A DNA stretch of 64,000 nucleotides from positions 129,196 through 193,195 of the forward strand of contig JANZKC010000003.1 in NCBI GenBank assembly GCA_025061115.1, read 5' to 3'. A program made the position numbers and the translations under genes. How positions within the stretch are numbered: position 1 is the stretch's first letter; each line of letters opens with the position of its first letter. Under the pieces are notes generated by a model. It saw only the letters and a program-made list of their open reading frames with translations. It was not told the origin of the DNA and ran no database searches. Source of the DNA: Candidatus Culexmicrobium cathedralense. GTDB lineage: Archaea > Thermoproteota > Methanomethylicia > Culexarchaeales > Culexmicrobiaceae. This document shows, piece by piece, positions 27,129 through 35,839 of the stretch.

Positions 27129-27821
27129 CTACGTTTCGATCTCCCTCGACTCATAAAGCTTCTTCAACTCCTCAATGCTCATTTTAGTTAGCTTTTCCAG
27201 TTCCTCCTTGTACTTGCCTTGAAGTATTTCATTTATCCTCTCTTCTAAGTGCTTGGCCTTCTTGGATAAGTACTTTCCATAAAGCCTTCTAACTAGCTGG
27301 AAAACTTGGTAGTGAACTATTTCCGCTGGACATCTAATGCTACATATTCCACAAGCTATGCAGTCGAAGCTTAGTTCAGCTGCTTTAATTAAATTTCCTC
27401 TAATTAGTGATTGAATTGCATCCATAACTTCCAGGTTTTGTGGGCAAGACTTGGTACATGTATTGCAAGCAACGCACCTAGTTATTTCGGGGAATATGGA
27501 GAGCACGGTTGAAGCAGTTGGCCTCAGCTTTTCAATATCGTATTTTGGCTTTTCAGCTGGAACGAACGGTATCTGAACTAGGTACATTCCCTCTTGAACT
27601 GTTGTTTGGCATGCAAGTCCAGTATATAACTTATAATCATTCCCAATTCTATACACGGTTGCACATGCTCCGCAGAATCCGCCTCTGCATCCGCATCCTC
27701 GAATAAATTTGTAGCCTGCATACTCCATTGCCTTCATTATGGTTAGTCCTTCTGGAACTTCGTACATTTTGCCCATGATGTATATTTTAACCATCTTAAT
27801 TTTCTTCTCTTCATTACTCAT
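27129..27821 (-). CDS. SdhB/FrdB-like iron-sulfur protein
   Basis: 2Fe-2S motif CGCRGGFCGACATV..LAC, followed by CVACNTCTKSCP and CIACGICSIRCP. 4-nt overlap with the upstream gene. Confidence 0.8.
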   Translation of the reverse strand: MSNEEKKIKMVKIYIMGKMYEVPEGLTIMKAMEYAGYKFIRGCGCRGGFCGACATVYRIGNDYKLYTGLACQTTVQEGMYLVQIPFVPAEKPKYDIEKLRPTASTVLSIFPEITRCVACNTCTKSCPQNLEVMDAIQSLIRGNLIKAAELSFDCIACGICSIRCPAEIVHYQVFQLVRRLYGKYLSKKAKHLEERINEILQGKYKEELEKLTKMSIEELKKLYESREIET

Positions 27822-28672
27822 TTCACATCCTCCCCTAAAAGTGAAGAAATAACCTTTCTAACTTCAGGGTTAAGAACATTTTCAATTCCAAATGCGTAAG
27901 CCATTAATTCAGTAAAGTAGACGACTGGGATGCTTGGTCTCCTACTTGGCAGCGTTAGATTGTACTGGCATAAGGGGCATGTTGTTGCAATTACGTTTGC
28001 TCCCCACCTGTTTGCTGCTTTTCGAATTTCGAGTGCTCTATCAACTGCTATTTTCTTGTCATAGACTACGTTATATGCGCTGCAGCATTTAATTCTGTGC
28101 GGGAACTTTATTGCCTCTGCTCCAATGGCCTCTAACAGGTTTTCGAGTGTCGTTGGATTTTCAGGATTATCAATGCCTATTTCTTTTGGCCTAAGCAGTG
28201 TACAGCCATAGAATGGCGCAACTTTAAGTCCATTTAATGGCTTAACTGTAAGCTCCCTTACCTTTTCAAATCCAATAAGATCTCTGACCACTTCAATAAA
28301 GTGCAGCACCTCTATCCCGCACTCATAGTTTTCCTCTTCATCCATAAACTCATTTATAGTCTTAAGCTTTTCACTATCAATTTTAAGTAGCTCATTTACT
28401 CGCTTGAGTACGTTATAGCACATCGAGCATAAAGTGACAAGCCTATTATCATTTAATTTTCTGCCCATTTCTTGAGCTCTAACTAAATCTCTTACAGCTC
28501 CAATGTGGTGAATTACGCTATCAATAGCTAAGTTTAGCACTGCTCCGCAGCAATTCCATCGGTCAAGTTCAATTAGATCTATGCCCATCTTCCTTGCAAC
28601 TGCAAGTGCGCTTTCCTCATAATTTAATGCAGTGGTCTTTAGCGTACAGCCTGGAAAGTACATGAGCTTCAC
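27818..28672 (-). CDS. HdrB / SdhE-like protein with two CCG-type cysteine-rich domains
   Basis: 284 aa. YFPGC..WNCCGA..LCSMC and FYGC..KCCSAY..TCPLC follow the pattern of CCG domains found in HdrB, TfrB and type-E SdhE. Confidence 0.8.
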   Translation of the reverse strand: MKLMYFPGCTLKTTALNYEESALAVARKMGIDLIELDRWNCCGAVLNLAIDSVIHHIGAVRDLVRAQEMGRKLNDNRLVTLCSMCYNVLKRVNELLKIDSEKLKTINEFMDEEENYECGIEVLHFIEVVRDLIGFEKVRELTVKPLNGLKVAPFYGCTLLRPKEIGIDNPENPTTLENLLEAIGAEAIKFPHRIKCCSAYNVVYDKKIAVDRALEIRKAANRWGANVIATTCPLCQYNLTLPSRRPSIPVVYFTELMAYAFGIENVLNPEVRKVISSLLGEDVK

Positions 28673-28676
28673 ACTC

Positions 28677-29048
28677 TCACCCCATAAGCTTTCTCGATGC
28701 TGCTACAAGTGCAATTTGCGGCATTTCACCGACTTCCGGCACTTTTCTAAGGTTAACCACGTATAATCCCTTCCTCATCTTTATGTTTCTTAGAGCGTTG
28801 ATCACTCTTGCGGTGTCTATTCCTCTGGGGCATCTGACTGTGCAGTTGTAGCATGAAGCGCAGATCCAAAGAGTGTTCGAGTCTAGTACATCCTCCATAT
28901 TTAGCTGAATCATTCTAACTACTTGATTTGGCGGCACATCCATGATGCTTACTAGTGGGCAAGTTCCGCTGCAAATTCCACATTGGAAGCATAAATACAC
29001 GTTTTCCCCAGTTAATTCGTAAACTTTTTGAGCCAAACCTTTAAACAT
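28677..29048 (-). CDS. HdrC-like 2x[4Fe-4S] ferredoxin-domain protein
   Basis: CFQCGICSGTCP and CASCYNCTVRCP motifs. ATG 29048 lies 7 nt after GGAGGTG. Confidence 0.75.
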   Translation of the reverse strand: MFKGLAQKVYELTGENVYLCFQCGICSGTCPLVSIMDVPPNQVVRMIQLNMEDVLDSNTLWICASCYNCTVRCPRGIDTARVINALRNIKMRKGLYVVNLRKVPEVGEMPQIALVAASRKLMG

Positions 29049-29061
29049 GCCCACACACCTC

Positions 29062-31455
29062 CTAAATTTTTATTTTTGCTCTTTCCTCTGGCTTTAACGG
29101 TCCAAGTCTTTCAACCATCTTTACTAGGTCATTAAGGTTCTTCGCCAGCCTCTCCGCAGTATCGACTGCAATTGTGTCGAACCTTAGTCTCCTAGCATCG
29201 ATTCTGCATCTTCGCAGTTTAGCTCTAGTTTTACGCATCAAGTCATTTATGGCATCTAGAACTTTGGGGTGATAAGGGGAGCCGCCTGGCAGGCAGTCTC
29301 CAATGAAAATTGCGTCTGCGCCGAACTTGAATGCGCTTAAAATTATTTTTGGAGTTAACCTGCTTGAGCTTGGAATTCTTATGATTCTAACTTTATCAGT
29401 GTAGTTTATTCTGCTTGTTCCAGCTAGATCTGCCGCTCTGTAGGTGCATGAATCGTCGAAGAATGCTAGGACTCTTATTTCTCCTTCCTTCTTGCTTGCA
29501 AGTATGGCCTTTATTTCATCAATAATCTGCTCTTCAGTGTAGTGCTTTAAGTCTATAGCGTTCTTGGGGCAGTATGGTATGCAGCTACCGCACCCACCGC
29601 ATAGTGCCTCGTTAATTTTTGCAGTGCTATTCTCAATAGTTATTGCTCCTAGTGGACACTTGTCAATGCACTTTCCACAGCCATCGCAAAGCTCCTCCTT
29701 AACAAAGGCCTTTATTGGTTCAACTATTATTCTTCTTTGGCTGATTAGCCTTAATGCTCTTCCAGCAGCTGCGCTCGCTTGCGCTACGGTGTCGCATATG
29801 TCCTTTGGACCCTGAGCGCAGCCACAAATGAAAATGCCCTCTCTTAGGGTATCTACTGGCCTGTACTTTGGATGAGCTTCAAGGAAGAATCCGCCAGGTC
29901 CAGTTGTTATTTTAAGTATTTTTGCTAGTTCTTCGGTTCCTTTGCTTGGGACTAGTCCAACTGAAAGCACTACAAGATCGAATTCCATTTCAATCATTCT
30001 GCCTGTAAGTGTGTCCTCAGCTCTAACTATCAGATTTTTAGTTATTGGATCCTCAATTATTTCAGCAACTTTACCTCTAATGAACTGAATGCCCATTTCC
30101 TGTGCTCTCATATAATATTCTTCAAATCCCTTTCCAAATGCCCTAATATCAATGTAGAAGATGTACACGTCTCGCGTTATGTCCTGCCTTTTAAGTATCA
30201 TCGCCTGCTTGATCGCGTACATACAGCATATTCTCGAGCAGTTTGGTCTTCCAATTGTTTCATCTCTTGATCCTATGCATTGGATGAAAGCTATTCGCTT
30301 AGCAATTTTTCCGTCTGAAAGTCGGATTACTTTGCCTGCAGTTGGTCCTGTCGGCATGACTAATCTTTCGAGTTGGGGTGCAATGATGACATTAGCGTAC
30401 TTGCCATACCCATATTGCTCAAGCAGAGTTGCGTCAAATGGGTCATAACCTGTAGCCACAATGATCACATCAACAGTTACGTTTATCGTTTTAGGTTTAT
30501 CTTCGAAGTTTATTGCATTCTGTGGACATACCTTTTCGCAAAGGCGGCATACACCCTTAGTCAGGTAGAGGCAGTGAGCTTCATCAATTAAGTACTTATA
30601 TGGCACAGCCATTTCATGGGGAACATAAATTGCCTTTCTCATTCTTAAGCCATAGTTGAACTCGTCGGGAACTTTAGTTGGACATTTTTCCGCGCATTTG
30701 CCGCATGCCACGCACTTGGTCATGTCAACGTATCTTGGCTTAACTTTAATTGTAACTTTAAAGTTTCCAACGTGCCCCTCAACCCTTTCAACTTCACTGT
30801 AGGTCAATAGGGTTATGTTAGGGTGATTGTAGACTGCAGCCATTTTAGGCGATAAGATGCAGAGGGAGCAGTCGTCTGTGGGGAATGTGTAGCTTAGCTG
30901 CGCCATTCTACCTCCAATTGTCGGCTGTCTTTCAACCAAGTATACTTTGCAGCCTGAATCAGCCAGGTCTAAAGCGGCTTGAATGCCTGCAATTCCTCCT
31001 CCTATTACTAAAACTCTCTTACCAATCTCGATTTCTTTAACTTGAAGAGCTTGATTCAGCCTGGCCTTAGCGACGGCTGCTGCCACTTGATCTTTAGCTT
31101 TCAAAGTGGCTCCTTCAGGATTGTCGGAGTGAACCCATGAGCACTGCTCTCTTATGTTGGCCATTTCAAGAAAGTATGGATTTAACCCAGCTTCTTCAAT
31201 AAGTTTTTTAAATGTAGCTTCATGGAATTTTGGGGAGCATGCTGCAATGACGATTCTATTCAGATGGTACTTCTTAATGTCTTCTAGAACCATTTTCTGG
31301 GCAGTTTCCGAGCACATGTGCTCATGATCCTTGGCCAAGACAACGCCAGGTAAATTTCCAGCGAAATTTCTTACTTCTTCGACGTTGACGACGTTAGAAA
31401 TGTTTCCGCCGCAATGACAAATGTAAACGCCTATCCGTACGCCGTCGCTTGTCAT
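29062..31455 (-). CDS. hdrA: heterodisulfide reductase subunit A-like flavoprotein fused to an MvhD-like domain
   Basis: About 797 aa. N-terminal YICHCGGNIS, FAD motif VLVIGGGIAGIQAALDLA, ferredoxin motifs CVACGKCAEKCP, CRLCEKVCP, CDGCGKCIDKCP and CGGCGSCIPYCP, and a C-terminal 140-aa MvhD-like domain. ATG 31455 is preceded by GGTGAT. Confidence 0.85.
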   Translation of the reverse strand: MTSDGVRIGVYICHCGGNISNVVNVEEVRNFAGNLPGVVLAKDHEHMCSETAQKMVLEDIKKYHLNRIVIAACSPKFHEATFKKLIEEAGLNPYFLEMANIREQCSWVHSDNPEGATLKAKDQVAAAVAKARLNQALQVKEIEIGKRVLVIGGGIAGIQAALDLADSGCKVYLVERQPTIGGRMAQLSYTFPTDDCSLCILSPKMAAVYNHPNITLLTYSEVERVEGHVGNFKVTIKVKPRYVDMTKCVACGKCAEKCPTKVPDEFNYGLRMRKAIYVPHEMAVPYKYLIDEAHCLYLTKGVCRLCEKVCPQNAINFEDKPKTINVTVDVIIVATGYDPFDATLLEQYGYGKYANVIIAPQLERLVMPTGPTAGKVIRLSDGKIAKRIAFIQCIGSRDETIGRPNCSRICCMYAIKQAMILKRQDITRDVYIFYIDIRAFGKGFEEYYMRAQEMGIQFIRGKVAEIIEDPITKNLIVRAEDTLTGRMIEMEFDLVVLSVGLVPSKGTEELAKILKITTGPGGFFLEAHPKYRPVDTLREGIFICGCAQGPKDICDTVAQASAAAGRALRLISQRRIIVEPIKAFVKEELCDGCGKCIDKCPLGAITIENSTAKINEALCGGCGSCIPYCPKNAIDLKHYTEEQIIDEIKAILASKKEGEIRVLAFFDDSCTYRAADLAGTSRINYTDKVRIIRIPSSSRLTPKIILSAFKFGADAIFIGDCLPGGSPYHPKVLDAINDLMRKTRAKLRRCRIDARRLRFDTIAVDTAERLAKNLNDLVKMVERLGPLKPEERAKIKI

Positions 31456-31464
31456 TAGTATCAC

Positions 31465-31592
31465 CGCTCATCATTGGTTGGATAAAAAGCATATTTATCG
31501 CTTTCTTTAAAATTGTAGGCTTAACATGAGTATTTTCCGCGTAAATTATTTAAGATTATTATACATGATTAGCTCGCTGGAGATGGTTTGAA
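31465..31592. promoter_or_regulatory. divergent promoter region between the hdrA operon and the gcvH-hydrogenase operon
   Basis: 128-bp AT-rich spacer with TATA-like boxes on both sides (ATAAATAT on the minus strand near 31480-31492, AAATTATTTAAG near 31543-31554). No coding potential. Confidence 0.5.
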
Positions 31593-31988
31593 ATGAGTGA
31601 GGAGTATGAAGTTCGTGAAGGACTATATTATACTGAAGACCACACTTGGGCTGAAGTTTTGCCTGACGGAACCGTAAAGGTCGGCATAACGGATTATGCT
31701 CAGAAAATGTTGAAGACAGTTAGGCGAGTTAGACTTGAAGAAGTTGGCGCAGAGGTTGAGCAGTTCGAGCCCTTTGGAATTATCGAGTCAACTAAAGCTA
31801 CTAGCGACTTAATTTCCCCTGTTAGCGGAACGATTAAGAAGGTAAATGAAAGCGTCCTCCGCCAACCATCAATAGTTAACACTGACCCCTATGGCGCTGG
31901 TTGGCTAGTGATAATTGAGCCTTCAAATCTAGAGGAAGAACTTGAAAGCTTGCTGGACGCTGAAGGATATAAGGAGTACATGGTTTAG
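31593..31988 (+). CDS. GcvH-family lipoyl carrier protein (LbpA-like context)
   Basis: 131 aa. Lipoyl-lysine context IIESTKATSDLISPVSG (K68, nt 31794-31796). No gcvP, gcvT or lpd in the window. Confidence 0.85.
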   Translation: MSEEYEVREGLYYTEDHTWAEVLPDGTVKVGITDYAQKMLKTVRRVRLEEVGAEVEQFEPFGIIESTKATSDLISPVSGTIKKVNESVLRQPSIVNTDPYGAGWLVIIEPSNLEEELESLLDAEGYKEYMV

Positions 31989-31999
31989 CAGCGAATTAA

Positions 32000-32479
32000 A
32001 TGCGAGGCAATCATATGACTAAACTTGAGCTTCAAAAAGTTCTTTTATATGATCCAAATAAGTGCTCGGGATGCCTCTACTGCATGATAGTATGCTCATA
32101 TTCTCATTATGGAGAAATTTCACTTGATAAAGCTCATCTGGAGGTCTTGAGAGACCCCTTTAATCCAAATATGTTTATAAATGCTCACTGTGCTCACTGT
32201 CAATACCCATATTGTGAAGCCGCCTGCCCGCTTGATCCTAAAGCCATAGTTAAAGATGAGGATACTGGCTTCGTTTTGATAAATTCAGCTCGATGTATTG
32301 GGTGCAGAAGCTGCAATTATGCATGCCCAATATCAATCCCACATTTCGACGAGATATTCAAAGTAAGTGTCAAGTGCGATGCATGTAAAGGAGAATTTTT
32401 ATGTGCCAAGTACTGCAGCACGGGCGCTCTGAGGGTTGTTACGAGGAAAGAGGCGATGGAGGCTCTTCAACATGAGTGA
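32000..32479 (+). CDS. HycB-like multi-[4Fe-4S] electron-transfer protein
   Basis: 159 aa with four cluster motifs: CSGCLYCMIVC, CAHCQYPYCEAACP, CIGCRSCNYACP and CDACKGEFLCAKYC. Alternative start at ATG 32015. Confidence 0.75.
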   Translation: MRGNHMTKLELQKVLLYDPNKCSGCLYCMIVCSYSHYGEISLDKAHLEVLRDPFNPNMFINAHCAHCQYPYCEAACPLDPKAIVKDEDTGFVLINSARCIGCRSCNYACPISIPHFDEIFKVSVKCDACKGEFLCAKYCSTGALRVVTRKEAMEALQHE

Positions 32480-32750
32480 GAAGGAGCTTAAACTCTATCC
32501 TTTAAGAAAGAGGATTATCGGCTTGCCGCAGCCATTTAAGCCTCCAACAAGTGGGATATTGAAGTATGGTCACGTGCCCAGGCTATCAGGATTTTTGCAG
32601 AGAACTAGATCTAAGCTTGGACTTTCAAAAGCTCCACCTACAGCCTATCAAGTTAAAGAAGCAGTTGAGGAAGTTCAAAATATAATTAGAACTTTAAAGC
32701 TGGACATAAAGTTTGCTTGGGATTGGAAGAAAAAGAGATTTCAGTATTAG
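32472..32750 (+). CDS. small basic protein of unknown function
   Basis: 92 aa counted from ATG 32472, which overlaps the upstream stop by 8 nt. No motif recognised. Confidence 0.45.
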   Translation: MSEKELKLYPLRKRIIGLPQPFKPPTSGILKYGHVPRLSGFLQRTRSKLGLSKAPPTAYQVKEAVEEVQNIIRTLKLDIKFAWDWKKKRFQY

Positions 32751-32763
32751 GAGATGAAACTAT

Positions 32764-33633
32764 ATGGCTAAGTACTCGCTTTTCCTTGGTTGCTACATTC
32801 CTTCAATGCAGCCATTTGCTGAGGCTGCTCTCCGTAAAATATCTCCTGATCTAAACATTGAATTGCTAGATATTGTTGGAGCCACGTGCTGTCCCGTACC
32901 CGAAATAGTTAGGCTAGTTGATGATGAAGCTTGGATTACAATTGCAGCTAGAAATTTAGCTCTAGCCGATTCAATGAGTCATGATATCCTCGTATTATGC
33001 AATGGGTGCTGGGAAACCCTTTATGAAGCGAGGGAAAAGTTGCTGCATGATATCAAGCTTAGAAATAAAGTGAATTCGAACTTGAAGCTCCTAGGTAAGA
33101 AGTTTACTGGAAAAGCTGAAGTTAAGCATTATACTCAAGTGCTGGTTGAAGATGTAGGTTTGGATGCACTGAGAAGGAACATTAAAGTGGATTTAAAGAA
33201 CTTGAAAGTTGCTGTTCATCCAGGATGCAAGTTGTATAAGAGTGATGGTGAGAAGCTAGCTAAGTACTTAAGAGATATTGTTGAAGCTTTGGGCGTCCAA
33301 GTAGTTGAATATGGAATTGAAAGAGTTTGCTGCGGATACCCCCTAATGCTTGCATCGGTTGATAAGGCAATTCATGAGAGAACGAAGTGGAAGTTAGATG
33401 CAATTAAGGATGCTAATGCTGATATGATCGTTGTTGCATGTCCAGCATGTTATGATCAATTAGAGAAGGCTCAACTTGCTCTCCGCGATGAAGGGCTAGA
33501 GTACAATTTGCCAGTTCTTCACCTAACCGAGCTTATAGCCTTAGCTTTTGGCTATAAAGCTGGAGAGATTGGTTTAGACTTGCATGGAATAAGCTGTATG
33601 CCAGTAATTGAGAAACTGGAGGGAGTTAAGTGA
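32764..33633 (+). CDS. HdrB-like protein with two CCG-type cysteine-rich domains
   Basis: 289 aa. LGC..TCCPVP..LCNGC and HPGC..VCCGYP..ACPACYDQL. Confidence 0.8.
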   Translation: MAKYSLFLGCYIPSMQPFAEAALRKISPDLNIELLDIVGATCCPVPEIVRLVDDEAWITIAARNLALADSMSHDILVLCNGCWETLYEAREKLLHDIKLRNKVNSNLKLLGKKFTGKAEVKHYTQVLVEDVGLDALRRNIKVDLKNLKVAVHPGCKLYKSDGEKLAKYLRDIVEALGVQVVEYGIERVCCGYPLMLASVDKAIHERTKWKLDAIKDANADMIVVACPACYDQLEKAQLALRDEGLEYNLPVLHLTELIALAFGYKAGEIGLDLHGISCMPVIEKLEGVK

Positions 33634-34088
33634 GATTTAAGCAGAAAATGATGGTTTTCTCCCCATGGTTATTTCACCTACATGCTGGGGGCTGCAATGG
33701 CTGCGATATTGAGCTGGTTGCAGCATTAACTCCCAGATTTGATGTTGAGCGTTTTGGAATAGTGTTGGTCGGTTCGCCAAAATTTGCTGACATTCTAGTT
33801 GTAACGGGTCCTGTTCCAAAGCAAATCGCACCTTTTCTGAAGAGGGTTTATAATCAAGTTCCAGATCCAAAGGTAGTTGTTGCCGTTGGCTCATGCGCTT
33901 GCTCTGGAGGAGTATTTAATGATGAAGAAGGCGAGGAAACATATGCTATTGTGGGAGGAGTAGATAAGATAATTCCGGTTGACGTTTATGTGCCGGGGTG
34001 CCCTCCAAAGCCTGAAGCGATTATTGATGGTGTAGTTAAGGCGATTAAGATTTTAGCTGAGAAGGCTGGTGGTAGGGGTGAACATTAA
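33630..34088 (+). CDS. group-4 [NiFe] hydrogenase small subunit (NuoB/HycG/EchC-like)
   Basis: 152 aa. Proximal-cluster ligand contexts GGCNGCDIE, GSCACSGG and VPGCPPKPE. Confidence 0.85.
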   Translation: MRFKQKMMVFSPWLFHLHAGGCNGCDIELVAALTPRFDVERFGIVLVGSPKFADILVVTGPVPKQIAPFLKRVYNQVPDPKVVVAVGSCACSGGVFNDEEGEETYAIVGGVDKIIPVDVYVPGCPPKPEAIIDGVVKAIKILAEKAGGRGEH

Positions 34089-34371
34089 GTATAAGTACTT
34101 GCCATTCATTGCATCTCTAATTGCATCAACTACAGGCATCATATTTGCTTTCATCGTAGAAAGCCCCATATTGCTCTTATTCCTAATCGAGCTGGCATCA
34201 ACTTCAGCGTTCTACTTACTATTCCTAGTTATTTTGTCTTCACTTCAACCTGAAAAGGTCGACATGGAAACTACTTTTGCATGTGGCTTGGCTAAACCTC
34301 CATACCTAGATCCAAACGAACTCTATCAGTTCAAGTTTCCAATAGTTGAGGAGGAAGGGGAAAATGAGTAG
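34069..34371 (+). CDS. small integral membrane subunit (unknown)
   Basis: 100 aa with two or three TM helices. Embedded between hydrogenase subunit genes with overlaps on both sides. Confidence 0.5.
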   Translation: MVGVNIKYKYLPFIASLIASTTGIIFAFIVESPILLLFLIELASTSAFYLLFLVILSSLQPEKVDMETTFACGLAKPPYLDPNELYQFKFPIVEEEGENE

Positions 34372-35839
34372 CGAACTTATTTTAACATTAGCTATTCCAT
34401 TAATTGCATCAATAACTGTCGCTTTACTTGAATCAAATGTAGCCCACGCTATTTCATTAACAGCTCTCGGGCTAACCCTAATAATAAATACTCACTTACT
34501 CACGATTTCGCTGGCAGGTACAACTCAAGTTTGTGGCAGTCTAATTGGTGATCCTATTGGCCTGCTGATGAGTGAATTAATCCTAATCGTAGGTTTCATA
34601 TCTGTAAGCTACTCCTTCCAATACTTCCCCGTAGGTCAAGATAGGAGAAGCCGCTTTTTTATGGCTTTAATGCTCGCCTTCGCTTCAACCCTTATTGGAT
34701 TAGCACTGTCTTCAAACATTCTAGGAATGCTTCTTTTCCTAGAAGCCTCAACAGTTCTCAGCGTCGTCCTAATAATTTATGGCGAGAGAGGTCGTAAAGC
34801 AATGCTTGCCGCTTCAATATACTTGGTAATGTCCATTGTAGAGTCATTATTGATAGTTGGTGGAATCTACTATTTAGCTAAGGCTTCAAACCTCCAGTTG
34901 TCAGCAATCAATATTTTCAATATTCAAAAATTGCACCCAGTAGCAGAGCCTGAAGCTTCAATTGCAGCTTTCCTTATATTGCTAGGTTTTGGTACTAAGG
35001 CTGGCATCATACCTTTAGCGTTAATATGGCTTCCAATAACGCATGCAGAGGCTCCATCACCAGTTAGCGCTAATCTCTCAGGTGTGATGATTGAGGCTGC
35101 TTTCATAGCTACACTCAGATGCGCGTATGCATTACTTCCTCATGCTTCAGATGTTGTTATTACGTTGCTCGCTGGCCTCGGAATGGCTAGCATCTGGGCT
35201 GGAATTTTTGGCATGATAATAGATAGAGACTTAAAGCGGGTTCTAGCTTTTAGTAGCATTTTAAGCATGGGCAGTGTATGCATGGTAACTGGACTTAGCT
35301 TGGCATCAAGTGGAGAAAACTTAGCTGCGGGACTTCAAGGCGTATTGTATTATTTAACTGCACATTCAGTTGGAAAGGCACTGCTCTTCTTAGGGAGCGG
35401 ATCGTACTTAAAGAAAATCGGAGAACGAAACTGGACTAAAATGGCTGGCGCAACCAAAATTTTGCCAATAACTTCAGCTCTTTGGATTGTTGGAGCAATT
35501 AGCATAGCCGGACTGTTTCCTCCTGCGGCAGGATACTACGCTAAACACTTAATGATAAACTGTATAGATAACCTCGAAGTAGCGGTATGCGGCATACCTG
35601 CATTCTACTATAAGTTGTCCCTATATGCTGGAGGGATAGCGATATTTCTCATATTATTGGGGTTTACAGTATTTTCTCTTAGAGGAGCTGGAGAGCCAAA
35701 TGATGTTTCAAAGTTAATGTTGATATCAAAAATTGCTCTTGCAGCAATCTGCATAATTTTAGGATTAGTTTCAACTAGCCTTGAACATGAGCTGTTCGCA
35801 ACAGCTGTAAATGCAATCTTAAGATTAGGAGGTGGATGA
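34364..35839 (+). CDS. NuoL/HycC/EchA-like antiporter-type membrane subunit
   Basis: About 490-aa polytopic protein with the layout of the proton-conducting NuoL/M/N family. ATG 34364 follows GAGGAGGAAGGGG. Confidence 0.8.
   Translation: MSSELILTLAIPLIASITVALLESNVAHAISLTALGLTLIINTHLLTISLAGTTQVCGSLIGDPIGLLMSELILIVGFISVSYSFQYFPVGQDRRSRFFMALMLAFASTLIGLALSSNILGMLLFLEASTVLSVVLIIYGERGRKAMLAASIYLVMSIVESLLIVGGIYYLAKASNLQLSAINIFNIQKLHPVAEPEASIAAFLILLGFGTKAGIIPLALIWLPITHAEAPSPVSANLSGVMIEAAFIATLRCAYALLPHASDVVITLLAGLGMASIWAGIFGMIIDRDLKRVLAFSSILSMGSVCMVTGLSLASSGENLAAGLQGVLYYLTAHSVGKALLFLGSGSYLKKIGERNWTKMAGATKILPITSALWIVGAISIAGLFPPAAGYYAKHLMINCIDNLEVAVCGIPAFYYKLSLYAGGIAIFLILLGFTVFSLRGAGEPNDVSKLMLISKIALAAICIILGLVSTSLEHELFATAVNAILRLGGG

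Noticed and set aside
31468-31474. AUGAUGA word on the minus strand just upstream of hdrA.
   Set aside because: It lies in the hdrA leader next to the GGTGAT ribosome-binding site. No D box or stem is present.
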